Positions 31,710-41,193 of a stretch of 64,000 nt of DNA are shown in pieces. The position numbers were made by a program, and so were the translations under genes. The stretch is taken from NCBI GenBank assembly GCA_965206645.1, contig CBDBKE010000001.1, positions 160,001 to 224,000 of the forward strand, written 5' to 3'. The number at the start of each line of letters is the position of its first letter. Positions within the stretch are counted from its first letter, which is position 1. Origin of the DNA: Terriglobia bacterium (lineage in GTDB: Bacteria > Acidobacteriota > Terriglobia > JAJPHL01 > JAPKYU01). The notes beneath the pieces are model-generated. The model was not told the origin of the DNA, made no database searches, and worked only from the letters and a program-made list of their open reading frames with translations.

Positions 31710-32543
31710 ATGGCTGATCCTGAACTGATTGATCCCACGATTGATCCGGTCTCGGGTCCCACCCTGCTGGAGTACGAGAATATAGGTGTGGACATCACCG
31801 GCTCGGTGGCGCAGCTGACCCTGAACCGTCCCGCTACGAACAACTCGCTCACCATCCGCATGATGCAGGAAATCACCCAGGCCATCGAGCAGCTGCACGA
31901 TGCCAACCAAGTGCGTGTGGTCCTGCTGCGCGCCAGCAAGGAGTCCAAGGCCTTCTCGGCCGGAGTGGCCCTGACGGAGGCCACCCCCGATCGCGCGTTC
32001 CAGATGGTGGAAAGCTTCCACGGCATCTTCCTGGCTATGCTGCAAATCTCCAAGCCCGTGGTGACGGTGGTCAATGGACCGGCCGTGGGCGCCGGCTGTG
32101 AGCTGGCCTTGTTCGGCGATCTGGTGTTAGCAAGCGAAAAGGCGGTGTTCGCGCAGCCGGAAGTGAGAGCTGGTTTGTTTCCGCCGATCGCCGCTGTTTT
32201 CCTGCCGCACTTGGTTGGTCCCAAGCGCGCCCTGCAGATGATCCTGACCGGTGAGCGCATCGGCGGCCAGGAAGCTTTGCGCCTGGGCCTGGTGAACCGA
32301 CTGGTGTCCGAGGCGGAGTTGGAGAGGACGGTCGAGGCACTGGTGACCCAGATTTCCGAACAGAGCGCGCCGGTACTGGAGATGGCCAAGAAGGTGATCT
32401 ATCTTTCAATGGGCATGCCGCTGCAGGATGCGATGAAAAAGAGCGCCGATCTGTATCTGAATCACCTCATGGAACTGGAAGACTCGCAGGAAGGCCTGCG
32501 GGCCATCCTGGAGCGGCGCAAGCCGGTCTGGAAGAATAAATAG
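31710..32543 (+). CDS. Enoyl-CoA hydratase/isomerase (crotonase) family
   Basis: FSAGV, AVGAGCEL, FAQPEV, EGLRAILERRKPVW. Confidence 0.92.
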   Translation: MADPELIDPTIDPVSGPTLLEYENIGVDITGSVAQLTLNRPATNNSLTIRMMQEITQAIEQLHDANQVRVVLLRASKESKAFSAGVALTEATPDRAFQMVESFHGIFLAMLQISKPVVTVVNGPAVGAGCELALFGDLVLASEKAVFAQPEVRAGLFPPIAAVFLPHLVGPKRALQMILTGERIGGQEALRLGLVNRLVSEAELERTVEALVTQISEQSAPVLEMAKKVIYLSMGMPLQDAMKKSADLYLNHLMELEDSQEGLRAILERRKPVWKNK

Positions 32544-32544
32544 C

Positions 32545-32838
32545 ATGTCCACCCCACAACAGCCGAAGATCAACACCACCAAGAAACTTGACTACCGCGA
32601 AAGCTACTCCAACAGCGTGCAAATCCGGGTCAACGTCTGGGACTTTTTCCTCCAATTCGGCACCTTCAACCAGACGGTGCCCGACGCGGTGGAGATCGAA
32701 TACTTCCAGGGCATCTACCTGAGCCCGCAACAGGCCAAGGCGCTGTTAAACGTTTTACAGCAGAACATGGCCACCTACGAGAGCACCTTCGGGGAAATCA
32801 AGCTGGACCCGCGCATGGGGACGGTGTCGGTCCAGTGA
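32545..32838 (+). CDS. DUF3467-like protein
   Basis: YSNSVQI, DFFLQFG, LSPQQAKAL, YESTFGEI. Confidence 0.8.
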   Translation: MSTPQQPKINTTKKLDYRESYSNSVQIRVNVWDFFLQFGTFNQTVPDAVEIEYFQGIYLSPQQAKALLNVLQQNMATYESTFGEIKLDPRMGTVSVQ

Positions 32839-32848
32839 CCGCTGCTCC

Positions 32849-33487
32849 ATGAGGGCCCGCGCTCTAGCGGTTGTCGGGCGACTAGAGGCCCGCGACGGCT
32901 GGGGAGCCCATCTGGCCGTGGTGGTCCTGTACATCCTCATCGTCGTCCTCCTCCACTTCCCTCTTAGGTTGGCAGCAGGGCCGCTGCTTGCTCCGCTCCA
33001 CAATAAGGCTGAACGCGAAGGCGGGGCCCGGACGGAGAAACAGTCCGGCCAGAAGGAGGGGCAGGAGCAGAAGCAGAAGAAATCAGGTCAGCAACGAGAG
33101 GGGCCGGGCAAGTCGGACAACGTCCAGCAGGAAATCGCCCGAATCGTGCGCGACCTGCAGTTCGCGTTGGAAGGTGGCTCGGCGCAGGGGGTGCTGTCGC
33201 TGACTGATTCGACGAAGTTCCGCAACTATGCGAGCTTCCAGGATACAGTGGAACGGCTGGTGCGCGAGGACACCATCCGCGCCTACTTTCGTCAGGTAAG
33301 CGGGTCCCGGTCGGCGGAGAAAGGCAGAGCCCGGAGCCGGGTGGATGCGGAAATGGAGCTGGCGCGCAAGAACGCTGCTGGGCAGACGGAGCGCCGCCGC
33401 CGGCAACTGGAGTTCGAATTCGAGCGCACCCGGCGCGGCTGGCGTATCACCAACATCACCCCGCGCACCTTTTTTGAACCGCTCTAG
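32849..33487 (+). CDS. Membrane-anchored hypothetical protein (possible NTF2-like C-domain)
   Basis: TM helix, low-complexity linker, C-terminal FER..RGWRI pattern. Operonic. Confidence 0.65.
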   Translation: MRARALAVVGRLEARDGWGAHLAVVVLYILIVVLLHFPLRLAAGPLLAPLHNKAEREGGARTEKQSGQKEGQEQKQKKSGQQREGPGKSDNVQQEIARIVRDLQFALEGGSAQGVLSLTDSTKFRNYASFQDTVERLVREDTIRAYFRQVSGSRSAEKGRARSRVDAEMELARKNAAGQTERRRRQLEFEFERTRRGWRITNITPRTFFEPL

Positions 33488-33507
33488 CGGGTCTGAAGCT
33501 GTCGGCG

Positions 33508-34347
33508 TCAGTCGGTTGCGGTAGCGCGCTCCATTCTGCGCCTGTGCTCTAGCGTGCGCAATTGGTCAGCAAAATTGCCCAACTGTTGCTGCAGTTGCTC
33601 CACCCGGTGCCTCAGCTCTGCCTCCGGATCTTGCGCCTGCTCAACGGCTACCTGCTCGGCCTTGACCGATTGGAGATTGTTGATCAGAACGGCAATGAAC
33701 AGGTTGGTGATCACGAACACCGCGATGACGACGAAGCTCGTGAAGTAAATCCACGACCAGGGATATGCGGTCATGGTAGTCTGCTGCATCTCGTTCCAGC
33801 CTTCCAGCGTCAGGATCTGAAAGAGGCTCAACAGGGCCGTGCCCAGGCCACCCCAGTGTTCCGGGGCCACTGAGGAAAACAGGTAATACCCCAGGATGGC
33901 ATAGACATAGAGCACCACAGCCAGCAGGGTCACCACATGTGCCATGGAGGGGATGGAGCGCAGCATGGTGTCCACGATCAGCCGCAGGTTGGGTGACACG
34001 GAAACCAGCCGGGTCACCCGCGCCACTCGGGCCAAGCGTGCCACCGTCGCAAACGGCCCGGCGACCGGGAGTAAGGAGAGGGCCACCACTGTGAAGTCGA
34101 AAACGTTCCAGCCGTCGCGGAAGAACCGCGATGCACGAGGCCAGTAGGCCAGCATCCGCACCGCGATCTCGAAGACGAAGATTGTCTGAACAGCCATGTT
34201 CAGGACGTGGAACAGCCGCCCGTAGGCGGCCATCAACCCCCGCGAAGTCTCCAGCCCAATGACCACTGCGTTGAAAACGATCACAGCTATGATGAAGGAC
34301 TGAAACGACTCTTTCTCAGCGACTCTACGGCACCAAGCTGTCATCAC
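33508..34347 (-). CDS. Bacterial voltage-gated cation channel (BacNav/CavMr-like, 6TM)
   Basis: WNVFDF (S3), RLARVARVTR (S4), LFQILTLEGWNE pore, NLFIAVLI (S6), coiled-coil tail. Confidence 0.93.
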   Translation of the reverse strand: MMTAWCRRVAEKESFQSFIIAVIVFNAVVIGLETSRGLMAAYGRLFHVLNMAVQTIFVFEIAVRMLAYWPRASRFFRDGWNVFDFTVVALSLLPVAGPFATVARLARVARVTRLVSVSPNLRLIVDTMLRSIPSMAHVVTLLAVVLYVYAILGYYLFSSVAPEHWGGLGTALLSLFQILTLEGWNEMQQTTMTAYPWSWIYFTSFVVIAVFVITNLFIAVLINNLQSVKAEQVAVEQAQDPEAELRHRVEQLQQQLGNFADQLRTLEHRRRMERATATD

Positions 34348-34515
34348 AAACCTCCTGGAATGGTTTTTGAAGTGGCCTGACTCACAAGCGTTTCCTGGCT
34401 CCGAATGGGCCCAGGGTCAAGATCGATTCGAGGGAGAAATTGGCTGTGGAAACGTGCCTCGTGGCTACAGTGGTAGGACATCCACCCTAGGCTGGGCCTG
34501 CCCTCCGACCGGGGC

Positions 34516-35094
34516 TTATCCCTTCTTCAATTCGGCCAGCACCAGGCGGGCGACTTCTTTGAGGGTCTCAAATACCCCGACGTTCTTAAAGGCGATCGCC
34601 TCGAAGACCGGTTCCCCTTTGCGCACCAACTCCTGCTTGAGTACGTCGATCGGGAGGGCGTTGGGAAGGTCGCGCTTGTTCAACTGAAGCGCGTAGGGGA
34701 TCTTGGCGAAATCGTAGCCGTGCTCCTTCAGGTTTTCTTCCAGGTTTCCAAGCGCTTCCATGTTGGCATCCATACGCTCTTCCTGGGAATCGGCCACGAA
34801 CACGACACCGTCCACACCTCGGAGGATCAGCTTACGGCTGGCGTCGTAGAAGACCTGTCCAGGAACCGTGTAGAGGTGAAAGCGCGTCTTGAAGCCTCGT
34901 ACTGTGCCCAGATCCAGGGGGAGGAAGTCAAAAAACAGGGTCCGGTCACTTTCGGTGGCCAGCGAGATCATCTTACCCTTGTTGGGCGCATTGTCGAAAA
35001 CCACCTGCAGATTGGTGGTCTTCCCGCCCAGCCCGGCTCCGTAATAGACCAGCTTGCAGTTAATCTCGCGGGCTGCAAAATTGATGAAGCTCAA
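34516..35094 (-). CDS. mglA: MglA-family small Ras-like GTPase
   Basis: [46 protein letters not shown] start at 35094. Confidence 0.93.
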   Translation of the reverse strand: MSFINFAAREINCKLVYYGAGLGGKTTNLQVVFDNAPNKGKMISLATESDRTLFFDFLPLDLGTVRGFKTRFHLYTVPGQVFYDASRKLILRGVDGVVFVADSQEERMDANMEALGNLEENLKEHGYDFAKIPYALQLNKRDLPNALPIDVLKQELVRKGEPVFEAIAFKNVGVFETLKEVARLVLAELKKG

Positions 35095-35235
35095 ATCATC
35101 CCCCGGATTTAGCCAATTGCATCCCTTTGAAAAATAAGGGCGATCCCGAATTGCTCGGAACAAGCGAAGGTATACCATGAGGGGCTTCCTAGTTGCAACG
35201 GTTTTGGCGCTTGCGCCGGTGGCCTTGTTGCCCGA

Positions 35236-35251
35236 TGGCAGGCCCCTTGCA
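35236..35251 (+). promoter_or_regulatory. Putative sigma54 promoter
   Basis: TGGCAGGCCCCTTGCA, one mismatch to TGGCAC-N5-TTGCA, 69 nt upstream of the TPR gene. Confidence 0.45.
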
Positions 35252-35319
35252 ACCCCTTGATATTTCTGTTACAAGTATGTGATTGGCCGTGATCTGGAAT
35301 CTTCGGCAAGGGGAGCTTC

Positions 35320-36018
35320 ATGCCGGGAGGCAGCAAAATGAAGAAGCAGGTCAGAAGGAAGCCTGCCCGAGTGGCCAGGGCTACCTCATTGAAGAAAAAG
35401 AGGTCTTTATCTAAGCCGCTTAAAAAGAATAAGATATCGGCCCATGGCAGACGCCGTGGTAGTGCCGCTCTGCCCGCGAAGGCACGCCTAGCCCGGCAGC
35501 GGGAAGTCGTGCCGCTACCGAACCCGGATCCCCGCGCTCGACTGGCCGTAGAGCAATACGAAGCGGCCGTCCGGCTACTGCAGAAACAGAAGTTCGAGAA
35601 GGCTAAGTCGTTGTTCGAGAAGGCGATGGCCGGACCTACGCAGGAACTGACCGACCGGGCCCGTGTGCACCTGAACATTTGCGAACAGCGCCTGCGGCGG
35701 CGGAGCGTGCCTATTCGCACTCCCGAGGATCACTATAACGTCGCTGTGGCCCTCATCAACTCCGGGCGTCTGGAGGAAGCTGAACAACATCTGAACCGGG
35801 CCCTGAAGCTAACTCCGCGCGCCGACCATGTCTATTACGCTCTGTCGGCGGTCCAGTCCTTGCGGGGAGATATCGAAGGGGCGCTGGAGAACCTTCGGAC
35901 CGCCATTGACCTGGAGCCTCGCAACCGGTACTTGGCTCGCAATGACCGAGATTTCACGGCTTTGACCGAAGATCCTCGCTTCGCCGACCTGGCCTACCCG
36001 GAGAGCAACGTCATCTGA
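35320..36018 (+). CDS. TPR protein with Lys/Arg-rich N-terminus
   Basis: Basic tail, then TPR helices ending ARNDRDF...L..DPRF. Confidence 0.85.
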   Translation: MPGGSKMKKQVRRKPARVARATSLKKKRSLSKPLKKNKISAHGRRRGSAALPAKARLARQREVVPLPNPDPRARLAVEQYEAAVRLLQKQKFEKAKSLFEKAMAGPTQELTDRARVHLNICEQRLRRRSVPIRTPEDHYNVAVALINSGRLEEAEQHLNRALKLTPRADHVYYALSAVQSLRGDIEGALENLRTAIDLEPRNRYLARNDRDFTALTEDPRFADLAYPESNVI

Positions 36019-36196
36019 AGGCCGACCAAGGGTCATTCCTGTGCCTGAGGGTCGCCCCTTTTCCCGAAGCTACGTTCGGAGAAAACAGCGATAATGCGGT
36101 TGGACCCAAGCCGGGGGGGGGCAAAGCCGGAAGGGAGCCGTACCCGCGCGCTCCAAGTCACCAACGCGTCGTGCCGATCGCTCCACTCGGGACACC

Positions 36197-37612
36197 ATGA
36201 GCACCCCTGACTTGGCTATCGCGATTCTGGCCGCAGGGTTGGGAACGCGACTCAAATCCGGCATCGCCAAGGTCTTGCACCGTGCCGGCGGGCGAGCCTT
36301 GGCCGAGCACGTGGTGCGGGTGGCGCTGGAGCTGGTCCCGGCCGAGCGGGTCTTTGTGATCGTGGGCCACCAGGCCGAAACGGTACGCCAGTTGCTAGGG
36401 CCCTACGGCGTGCGCTTTATTCACCAGCGCGAGCAGCTGGGGACGGCCCACGCGCTGCTGGTCGGGCAGAAACAGTTAGAAAGAGCAGCCCGGCACCTGC
36501 TGGTGTTGTACGGTGACGTTCCGCTACTGACCGCAGACACACTCCGGCGCCTAATCGAAGCGCACCTGGATGCCAGCGCGGCAGCGACGCTGTTCACCGT
36601 GGAGCTGGATGATCCTGCCCAGTATGGTCGCATCCTCCGCGACGCCACCGGCCGTCTGGCCGACATCGTTGAGTACAAGTCCTCGACGCCGGAACAAGCC
36701 GCCATCCGGGAAGTCAACGCCGGCATCTATTGTTTTCTCTCCGGCCCGTTATTTGCTCACCTTGGCAAGGTCAGCAATCAGAACAAGGCAGGCGAGTATT
36801 ACCTGACGGACCTGCCCGCCATGTTGCGCCGTGCCGGCCAGCACGTGCTGGCGGTTCAGTTGGGTGAGCCCCAGGAAGTGCTGGGGGTCAACACCCGGGT
36901 CGAGTTGGCCGAGCTGGATGCGCTGCTGCGCGAGCGCAAGGCCCGCGACCTGATGCTCAGCGGCGTCACCATCTACCGCCCGGAAACCTGCGTGATTGAT
37001 CCGGACGTCGAGGTGGGCCCTGATTCGGTGATCGGCCCCTGCGTGGCACTCTACGGGCGCAGTCGGTTGGGTTCCAACTGCGTTGTGCGCTCCTACTCAA
37101 GCCTGTCGGATACAGTGCTGGAGGAGGGCGCCGTGGTGCACGAGTGTTGCTGGCTGGAGCACTCTCAGGTTGGCCCGCGCGCTTCCATTGGCCCGTTTGC
37201 CCGCCTCCGTCCTGGCAGCCAGATTGGCGCCGAAGCTAAGGTCGGCAACTTCGTCGAGACCAAGAAAACGCGCTTGGGGCGCCGCAGTAAAGCGCAGCAT
37301 CTGGCTTACCTGGGCGATGCCACTATCGGCGAAAACGTCAACATCGGTGCCGGCACCGTCACCTGCAACTTCGACGGGGAGAAGAAACATCCCACCCGGA
37401 TTGAAAACGGTGTGTTCATCGGCACCAATGCTTCCCTGTTAGCCCCCCTGCGTGTGGGCAAGAATGCCTACGTGGCCGCAGGCTCGGTGGTTACCGAAGA
37501 CGTCCCGGAGGGTTCCCTGGCCATTGCGCGTGCGCCTCAGACCACCAAGGCGGGTTGGACTCGCCGGCGCCGCGCCCCCCGCCAGGCCAAAGCCAACGCC
37601 AGAAAATCCTGA
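36197..37612 (+). CDS. glmU: Bifunctional UDP-GlcNAc pyrophosphorylase/acetyltransferase GlmU
   Basis: ILAAGLGTR, LGTAHA, YGDVP, GEYYLTD, hexapeptide region GNFVETK, HLAYLGD. Confidence 0.97.
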   Translation: MSTPDLAIAILAAGLGTRLKSGIAKVLHRAGGRALAEHVVRVALELVPAERVFVIVGHQAETVRQLLGPYGVRFIHQREQLGTAHALLVGQKQLERAARHLLVLYGDVPLLTADTLRRLIEAHLDASAAATLFTVELDDPAQYGRILRDATGRLADIVEYKSSTPEQAAIREVNAGIYCFLSGPLFAHLGKVSNQNKAGEYYLTDLPAMLRRAGQHVLAVQLGEPQEVLGVNTRVELAELDALLRERKARDLMLSGVTIYRPETCVIDPDVEVGPDSVIGPCVALYGRSRLGSNCVVRSYSSLSDTVLEEGAVVHECCWLEHSQVGPRASIGPFARLRPGSQIGAEAKVGNFVETKKTRLGRRSKAQHLAYLGDATIGENVNIGAGTVTCNFDGEKKHPTRIENGVFIGTNASLLAPLRVGKNAYVAAGSVVTEDVPEGSLAIARAPQTTKAGWTRRRRAPRQAKANARKS

Positions 37613-37764
37613 AGGACTTCTTCTAGGCTGCTGAAAAACCCTCTTGAACAGACCCGCACAGGCTGGAGCCCGTGCCACTCACGCAACTCGCGTTTGGGGC
37701 GGCCGTGCTAGACTGGCCGGTTTTGAGGAGCCCGGCCGGTAAGCCCGATCAGGAAACAAGGACA

Positions 37765-38265
37765 ATGACGGTTGAATTCCGGAAGGGCGACATCACCGAA
37801 GCGGACGTGGACGCGGTAGTGAACGCGGCCAATACGCAACTGCAACTGGGAGCGGGGGTGGCCGGGGCCATCCGCCGCAAGGGTGGCCCGGCGATCCAGC
37901 AGGAGTGCAACCAAGTGGGCCCCGTCGAGCTGGGCGAGGCGGCCATCACGAGTGGCGGACAGCTCAAGGCCCGCTACGTGATTCACGCCGCCGGGATGCA
38001 CCTCGGGGGTGGCGTCACGGCTGACTCCTGCCAGGCAGCCACCGTGAACTCGCTCCACCGCGCCGAGGAGAAACAGTTGCGCAGCATCGCCTTCCCGGCC
38101 ATCGGCACCGGCGTCGGTGGCCTGGACATGGGGAGCTGCGCCGAGATCATGCTGCGCGCGGTCCGCGGGCACACGCCCGGCTCCCTCCAGCGCGTGCTGT
38201 TTGTTCTGTTCGACGACGCGGCACTGGCCGCTTTCCAGAAAACGTGGAAGCAACTGAGCGATTAG
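37765..38265 (+). CDS. Macro domain protein (ADP-ribose binding/hydrolase)
   Basis: GDIT, VVNAAN, GAGVAGAI, AFPAIGTGVGG. Confidence 0.92.
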   Translation: MTVEFRKGDITEADVDAVVNAANTQLQLGAGVAGAIRRKGGPAIQQECNQVGPVELGEAAITSGGQLKARYVIHAAGMHLGGGVTADSCQAATVNSLHRAEEKQLRSIAFPAIGTGVGGLDMGSCAEIMLRAVRGHTPGSLQRVLFVLFDDAALAAFQKTWKQLSD

Positions 38266-38531
38266 CCCGGGTCCAGACCGAGCTGGCCAAGTACGAGCAT
38301 CCCCTGTTCGAGTTGGGTGCCCGGCTCAAGGGAGAGGCCGTCGAGCTTTCCATTGACTTCAAGCACCGTTCGCTCGGCGTCCACACCTACCAGTTTGAGT
38401 TCCACCCGCGCGACATCGAACACCCGCAATTCACCTGGACCTTCCAGCGCCAGCTCTACGACTGCCTGCACGATTACATCATCGAAATGTTCACCCGGAA
38501 CCCGCAGTACCAGGGGGAAGGCAGCCAGTAA
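38244..38531 (+). CDS. Small hypothetical protein
   Basis: 95-aa ORF with typical codon usage, overlapping the macro gene end. Confidence 0.7.
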   Translation: MEATERLARVQTELAKYEHPLFELGARLKGEAVELSIDFKHRSLGVHTYQFEFHPRDIEHPQFTWTFQRQLYDCLHDYIIEMFTRNPQYQGEGSQ

Positions 38532-38624
38532 GTTCTCCTGCAGGCTGCCGGGTAGCCCGGTAATCCCCGTCCTGCCGGGACTGTGGTACACTCCGGCCAA
38601 CTAGTTCGCTATCGGAGGTTGGCA

Positions 38625-38867
38625 ATGAGCTTCCTGCGCATGATCCTGCTCGCAGCGTATCTGGCCGGGGTGGCGGCGATGGTGTTCGGGGCGGCTATCC
38701 GCTTTGAGCTCATCGGCATGATGGGCCTGCAGGCCAGGGGGGCGCTGACGTTTGCGATCGGTTGCTTCCTGTGCGCGCTGGCTACGCGGGAAGTGGCGGC
38801 GATTCTGGAGAAGCCAAAAGAACAGCCCCAGGTAGAGCAGGCCAAGGCCCGCGCCGCCGACGCCTAA
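38625..38867 (+). CDS. Small 2-TM membrane protein
   Basis: GGAGG SD and two hydrophobic helices. Confidence 0.65.
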   Translation: MSFLRMILLAAYLAGVAAMVFGAAIRFELIGMMGLQARGALTFAIGCFLCALATREVAAILEKPKEQPQVEQAKARAADA

Positions 38868-39055
38868 GGGTAGGGGCACCGCCGACCCGCGAAGCCTGCC
38901 TGACCCCGCCGCCGGGTGCGCCAGAAGGGCAAGCACCTGCTTGTAGCCGCCGCCAGAACTTGCTGACTGCGGTGCCCAAGGGCAGCCTGGCGACACTCCA
39001 CCTGCTGGGCGGACTCTTTCCGCCACCATGTCTTCGTGTTTCCATTGAGCTACAC

Positions 39056-40078
39056 GTGAGCTTGCAAGCTGAGGTCGTGGCCGAGGTCCGCGCCGGCGGT
39101 CCCATCACCTTTGCGCGCTATATGGAGTTGTGCCTCTATCATCCTCGCTATGGCTACTACCGCGGCTCCTACAACTCCGGGCACGAGAAGTTCGGCGCAG
39201 CGGGCGATTTTTATACCAGCGCGCAGGTGCATCCTGGCTTTGCGCGCTTACTAGTGCGGCGTTGGGTGGCGATGTGGGAATCCTTGGGGTGCGGCGAGTT
39301 CATCCTGCTGGAGCCGGGCGCCGGCCGGGGCGAGGTCGCGCGTGAGGCCCAGGTCTGGGCGGCCCGTACCTACCCCGAGTTTTCCCGCGCTCTGCGGTAT
39401 CTGCCCCTGGAGTACGGCGACCCCCTCCCACCACCTTTCTCGGGCTGCATCTTTTCTAACGAGTTCTTCGACTCCCAGCCCACGCACGCGCTCCGCTTTT
39501 GCACGGGCCGCTTGCGCGAGTTATACGTGGCCGAGCGCGACGGCTGTCTTTGTTGGCAGGAAGGTGAGCCTTCTTCGCCGGAGTTCGAGTCCTGGCTGAC
39601 CCGTTTGGGAATCGAGCCTGCGGAAGGGCAGGTGCTGGAGCTAAGCCCAGCAGCCGCCGACTGGATGCAGCGCTTCAGTACGCTGCTCGAACGCGGGTAC
39701 GTCTTGAGCTTCGACTACGGCTATCGGGCCCGCGAAATCAACCGCGGGATGCGTTTCCCCAACGGCTCACTGATGACCTACCGCAAGCACACCGCCACCG
39801 AAGAAGTGTTTCGCCAGCTCGGCGAGCGCGACATCACCGCCCACGTGAACTTCGACCTGTTGCGGGCGGCAGGCTGCGATGCCGGTTTGCGTGAGACGCG
39901 CTTCTGTACTCAGGGGAGCTATCTGATGGAGTTGGGCGAGGCAGGCCAGTTTGCAGAAGTTTTCGCCGACTCCGCCACCGAAGCCGATCGCCTGAAGGCG
40001 ACGCTGCTGCTGAAGAACCTTCTGTTCGGCCTGGGCGAGACCATCCAGGTTCTGGAACAGGAACAGGCGCCTGACTGA
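39056..40078 (+). CDS. SAM-dependent methyltransferase, MidA/NDUFAF7 family
   Basis: ITFARYMELCLYHP, GDFYTS, EPGAGRG, SNEFFD, DYG, DITAHVNF. Confidence 0.9.
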   Translation: MSLQAEVVAEVRAGGPITFARYMELCLYHPRYGYYRGSYNSGHEKFGAAGDFYTSAQVHPGFARLLVRRWVAMWESLGCGEFILLEPGAGRGEVAREAQVWAARTYPEFSRALRYLPLEYGDPLPPPFSGCIFSNEFFDSQPTHALRFCTGRLRELYVAERDGCLCWQEGEPSSPEFESWLTRLGIEPAEGQVLELSPAAADWMQRFSTLLERGYVLSFDYGYRAREINRGMRFPNGSLMTYRKHTATEEVFRQLGERDITAHVNFDLLRAAGCDAGLRETRFCTQGSYLMELGEAGQFAEVFADSATEADRLKATLLLKNLLFGLGETIQVLEQEQAPD

Positions 40079-40135
40079 CCCGCGCGGCTCGCATTTGCGA
40101 AGCCTAGCCGAGCCACGAGCGTAAGCGAGTGGTCA
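40076..40135. repeat. REP/REPIN-like inverted doublet
   Basis: TGACCCGCGCGGCTC...CCGAGCCACGAGCGTAAGCGAGTGGTCA between convergent genes. Confidence 0.7.
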
Positions 40136-40154
40136 TTCCAGTCGGTTGGTGGAG

Positions 40155-41183
40155 TTATAAGATGCGGGCGAGCTGTTCCATCTCCGGCTCGCCGGGTTCC
40201 AGCGGCAGTTGAATGGGACGGCGCTCGATGGCAGAGCGGCAAATCGCCATGAGGATCTCCAACCCCTTATAGGCGCTCTCGCCGTTGCACGGGTGCACCT
40301 GCTTGGGATCGTCCAGCCACAGGGCAATGTCGCGGATGTAGCGGGGCTGATCATTCGGGGCACTCCAGCCACCCGGGCCGGAAATGGGCCCGCCCGAATC
40401 GCGGGTGACCGCCCGCCATCCCCCGCCGATTAACGCTTCCGCAAAGCCCTCCGTGCCTTGCGCGCCAATTCGCACCTTGTGCCAGAAGTATTCCACCTCC
40501 GGGACATCCTGGGCCAGGCTGCCGATCTCCACAATGCCGCGCACCCCGTTGTTGAACTGAATCAGACCAGTCGCGAAATCGGGAGAGGGGTGCGAGTCGG
40601 TCAGCTTCTCGCGTCCGTGCACCTGGCCCAGCACCCAGACGGCGTCGGCCTCGTTGTTGAAGTAGCGGACATAGTCCACGATGTGGGTGCCCATCTGGAG
40701 CAGCCAGCCCAAGGTGGTTCCGTACACGGTGTGGACGCGGCCGATCGTCCCGCTGGAGATTACCTCCTTGGCTTTCTGGAAGTGGGGGCCGTACTTAAGC
40801 TGGTGGCTCAGCACGGTCTTCACACCGGCCTTGCGACACAGCTCAGCCATCTCGACGGCCTCCCGGAAGGAAGTGGCCATCGGCTTCTCGTACGCGATCA
40901 ATTTGCAGCCTGCTTCCACTCCCGCGCGCACCATGGGCAAACGCACCGACGGCGGCGTGCAGAAGCAGAAAACATCGGGCTTCGTTTCCCGGAGCATCTG
41001 CGCCAGATCCGAGTAAAACTTCGGGTTGTCGGCAAGCTGGAGGGCAGCCTGTGCCCGCTCCTGATCGCGGCCGCAGATGCCTACCACCTGGAACCGGTCA
41101 TCCTTGTGAAAGTAGTCGGCGTGCACCTTGCCACGCTTGCCAGTTCCCAGGATCGCTACAGAATAGGTTTTCTTGGAGGCCAT
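40155..41183 (-). CDS. Gfo/Idh/MocA family oxidoreductase
   Basis: GTGKRG Rossmann start, CTPP, EKPM, MGTHIVD. Confidence 0.9.
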   Translation of the reverse strand: MASKKTYSVAILGTGKRGKVHADYFHKDDRFQVVGICGRDQERAQAALQLADNPKFYSDLAQMLRETKPDVFCFCTPPSVRLPMVRAGVEAGCKLIAYEKPMATSFREAVEMAELCRKAGVKTVLSHQLKYGPHFQKAKEVISSGTIGRVHTVYGTTLGWLLQMGTHIVDYVRYFNNEADAVWVLGQVHGREKLTDSHPSPDFATGLIQFNNGVRGIVEIGSLAQDVPEVEYFWHKVRIGAQGTEGFAEALIGGGWRAVTRDSGGPISGPGGWSAPNDQPRYIRDIALWLDDPKQVHPCNGESAYKGLEILMAICRSAIERRPIQLPLEPGEPEMEQLARIL

Positions 41184-41193
41184 GAATGGGTCT

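Noticed and set aside
36095-36170. SRP-RNA-like CCGGAAGG hairpin and G9 run upstream of glmU
   Set aside because: It lacks the conserved CAGG/AGCA internal loop and is too short for SRP RNA. No glmS ribozyme core is present. An Rfam scan would settle it.
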